From positions 35,526,001 to 35,590,000 of the forward strand of contig CM114271.1 of assembly GCA_050084515.1 (NCBI GenBank): a DNA stretch of 64,000 nucleotides. Direction: 5' to 3'. Positions 60,997-64,000 of this stretch are shown here, one piece after another (position 1 is the stretch's first letter; each line of letters begins with the position of its first letter). The notes beneath the pieces are model-generated. The model was not told where the DNA came from, ran no database searches, and saw nothing but the letters and a program-made list of their open reading frames with translations. The DNA is from Blasia pusilla. Its lineage: Eukaryota. The translations under genes were made by a program, and so were the position numbers.

Positions 60997-62993
60997 TAAA
61001 TTGGAATTGCTCCAAATTCCATGTAACCAGACCTATTTGTCCTTGGCTCTCTTGAAGATACTTGAAAAAGAAGTATATCTAATGTGGGGACCTCCTTCCC
61101 TACCCCTCTAAATCCTAAAGGTAAATGAGAAAGGAATCTATAGGGAGTTTAGAGGGGCAAGAATAAGGAGAAAACTATTTTTGTTTGGTAGTGGAAAAGG
61201 AATAAAGCTCCTTTGTGAGAGTCGGGTCACTTCCATCCGTAATGAGCTACAAGTCTATCCTAATCCCTACAAACGCTCTCTCTCTGTAAAAGTCAACCTA
61301 AATGCAACGGAAAACACCGGAGAGTCGAGTGGCCATTCCGTCAATGTAGTGATGGACGGAGATTTGACAAAAGTAAAAAGGAAGGGGAGGTGGACACAAA
61401 AGACCACGCTCCGTACGATGGAAAACTGCAGTAGTACAATGGGGTAAACTGCGTTCAAGTGGCTCGTGCTTTACGGGACTCTACTGGAAAAGTACATACG
61501 TTGGCTGTATTCCGTAGTACGGGAGACAGGAAAACTGAGATTCCGTAGTTGAGGAGGCAGGAAAACGGAGATATGGGATGGGAAAACTCCCAAGCCAAGC
61601 GGAAACACAACACCTAGAATCTCCCATCCGATGCTAAGGAAAGAACGGACGGCAAGATCCGTTGGTTCGTTTGGCTGAGGCCAGGGCCATCCGTAGCATC
61701 GGTGATGAGAGAGAAGGGAGAATGCGACGGAGGAAACGGAGAAGGAGTACAGCGGCAGAAGTCGCAGTAATGGTGAAATGAAATGAAATGAAACTAGGCC
61801 AAAAGCTGCGGCGGTACACTGTGAATATGTGAAGCCAAGAAGCGGAGTGCACCTTCCGGCAGTAAGACTCCGTCTGCACGGGGATCCAGACGCGATTACG
61901 CTCGCTGGCTGGCTGGCTGCGTGAGAGGGCGCCAAAGATTTCGGAAAGGGCCCGTCAGCAGCCAGTAGTGCGGTGACAGTCGGGGCCTGTCACTGGGGGA
62001 CATTCTGGTGCACCTCCACATTTAGCGACGGGGCCCTGCCCTGCCCTGCCCTGCCCTACGAGGCACGCAGGCAGGCAGTCGCGAGAGAAGAAATGATATC
62101 GAGAAAAGCGGAGTAGACTCATCACAGGAGTCGCGGGATCGAGGCCCGGCTGACACCATATGTGCTCTCTGTGTTGTCATTTTTCTCTACCTCTCTCCTC
62201 CCTCTCCCTCTCCCTCTCCCTCTCCGTCCGTGCGCTCGTCCCGTCGTCGCCATGAGAAAGGAAAGCTGGACGTGAGAACTGCTGCGGGCTGTCTTTGCTT
62301 GTCTACCACTGCGGCCTGGTTTCGGTTGGGCAATTGAGGTCCGTGTTCCTTCCTTCGCCCCGACCACAGCCGTGAGACGGAGGGAGGCAGGCAGGCAGAG
62401 CTTGCCCTCCTTGATTGCTGTCTTCTGTCCCCAGTTTACTCCTGTCCTGTCGTGTCGTGTCTCGATGGAGCCCGACCCGATGGAAGCGTGAGGGAGCGAG
62501 CTCTGGGCGGAGGGTCGAGACTCCTACAGTAGAGGCGAGGCAGTGGGGAAAAGCGCGAGCGATAGCGGAGCGAACGTTGGCCCGAGGACGAGGTTAAACG
62601 CACGGACGTTCGAGGTGGTAGGGTATGCGGAGGAGAACATTACCGTCTGTGGCTATGGTGGTTAGTTTGAAGAGTTTCGAGGAAGAGGAGGAGGACGGGG
62701 TAGGGCACGGGGTCGGGGTGTCCTACCAACGCATGAGGATGAGGAAATGAGCGTCTTGTCGGAGAATCGACAAGGTTTACGGGTTTTAGAGCGATCTGTA
62801 GTGTAAAGATCGTTACGAGGGAGACAGATTCGGCGCTTGTGCTCTCATTCTGAAGGGTACATTAAGGTGTGTGGTACTTAAACACACGTCGTGTCGATTG
62901 AGGCTGGGATAGGGTTGGCTAAGAGTTTACCGGCTTCGCTTGAGGCTGTAGGATAGGGTTGGCCATCTGTTTTGCCTATGCAGTGCGAAGGCC

Positions 62994-63113
62994 ATGGCGC
63001 CAGGCCGGAAGAAAGGGGGTGGCGCGTCCAAAGCAGCAGTGGTCAAGCGGGACTGGAATGTCGGAGAGCTAGTTTTGGCGAAAGTCAAGGGCTATCCGCC
63101 ATGGCCTGCTCAG
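62994..63113 (+). CDS. HUA2: First coding exon of a HUA2/HULK-like PWWP-domain protein (gene continues beyond the window)
   Basis: MAPGRKKGGGASKAAVVKRDWNVGELVLAKVKGYPPWPAQ followed by donor CAG|GTACGG closely matches the HUA2 N-terminus (MAPGRKRG..LGDLVLAKVKGFPAWPA). Upstream acceptor TATGCAG at 62983 and a GC/CT-rich leader from ~62150. Confidence 0.88.
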
Positions 63114-64000
63114 GTACGGAGAAATTTGTCAGTGGGATTACATACGTGGGTGTGATATTATTTTGCTGTTTGAGGGCTATGGGTCGTGGTGTGGTTGAGA
63201 TTTGGCCTCGAGTCGGGGTTATTTCCAAGCAATCTTCAGCCAGTACTGTGATTGTCTGGATGAAGGGAAGGATGGTCAATCACATTGGAAGACTATCCTC
63301 TGGGGTCTCAGGAATCAACGAGCTTGCGAAGTGCAGGCCCTTATGCTTGCTTAGAGTACCCATCGAAATGGCAGTAATTGCCTTGGTAGGGCCGAGCACA
63401 CCTGGTCTCATCGTCCCTGCTATGGGATGCCGCCTTGGTACCGGAGAAGAATATCTAGGTTTTGCTGTGACTTGTCTTAGGTCTCTTCTGTTGATTTTGC
63501 TCGTTCAGCGATGTCTGGATTTTCTTCTCTGATTCTTCCACTGTCGGAGTCGAAGTAGATTTACAATTTTCAGAGTACTTCTGACTGCCGGAACCAGGCA
63601 TTTACAGGGTGAATCCAGAATATGGATGTCTCGTTGATGTTTGTCATTTTTTGACCACGTCCGTCAACTTAATTGTCCATCGTTTCTCTCACCAACCTAC
63701 CCGTCCTTATTCCCTCTCATCGAGGGATTGCCGACGTTTGTTTACTTCACGCACTTCTGGAACCTACCTCTAGACCTAGACCTAATGTTAGCGGAGATAT
63801 TAGGGCATGATTTGCAGTTATATTGGTCACGAATGTGTCATTGTCATGGTTATGGTACGTACTAGTCGCTTTAAGGTGTCTCCCATTCCAACGGGAATGA
63901 GTGGGGTTTGTTTCGAGGCGGTAAACTCTGAAATAAGGCTTTGCAGATGGTGTCTCACACAAATCACGAAGAACAGGGCTCGCCCCCTGTTTGTCCATAC

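Noticed and set aside
62972-63532. 186-aa ORF from the track
   Set aside because: Wrong frame; the PWWP coding exon is 62994-63113 and the rest is intron.

Overview
Eukaryotic, intron-rich nuclear DNA from a land plant, probably a non-seed plant (inference from gene content: plastid NDH subunit S, HUA2-like gene, plastid-type KDPG aldolase). Five protein-coding genes can be assembled by hand from GT-AG exons: (1) a mitochondrial-carrier-family (SLC25) transporter (+, ~8.15-13.07 kb, 5' end uncertain); (2) a KHG/KDPG aldolase with a long N-terminal extension (+, 16971-20063, 9 exons); (3) a 17-exon, ~1715-aa full-size ABCG/PDR-type protein (-, 38062-24600); (4) intronless NdhS/CRR31 (-, 50993-51787); (5) the first coding exon of a HUA2/HULK PWWP gene (+, 62994-63113, continues off the window). 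Intergenic DNA is AT-rich and dominated by Helitrons (mini-elements, minisatellite-bearing elements, a decayed Rep/PIF1 copy), plus a 5'-truncated Ty3/gypsy chromovirus, a Ty1/copia RT remnant, and alpha-tubulin and SDR pseudogene fragments. The standout is the ABCG. Its reading frame is intact and both Walker A lysines are kept, but both Walker B glutamates, both Q-loop glutamines, the NBD1 signature and the NBD2 H-loop are substituted, and a PDZ-like domain is inserted on its own exon between NBD1 and TMD1. It is a candidate ATPase-dead, PDZ-bearing sensor/scaffold rather than a conventional pump. Two genes also have introns built from tandem copies of their own exon-end/5' splice junction. 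All exon structures are manual predictions without transcript data.
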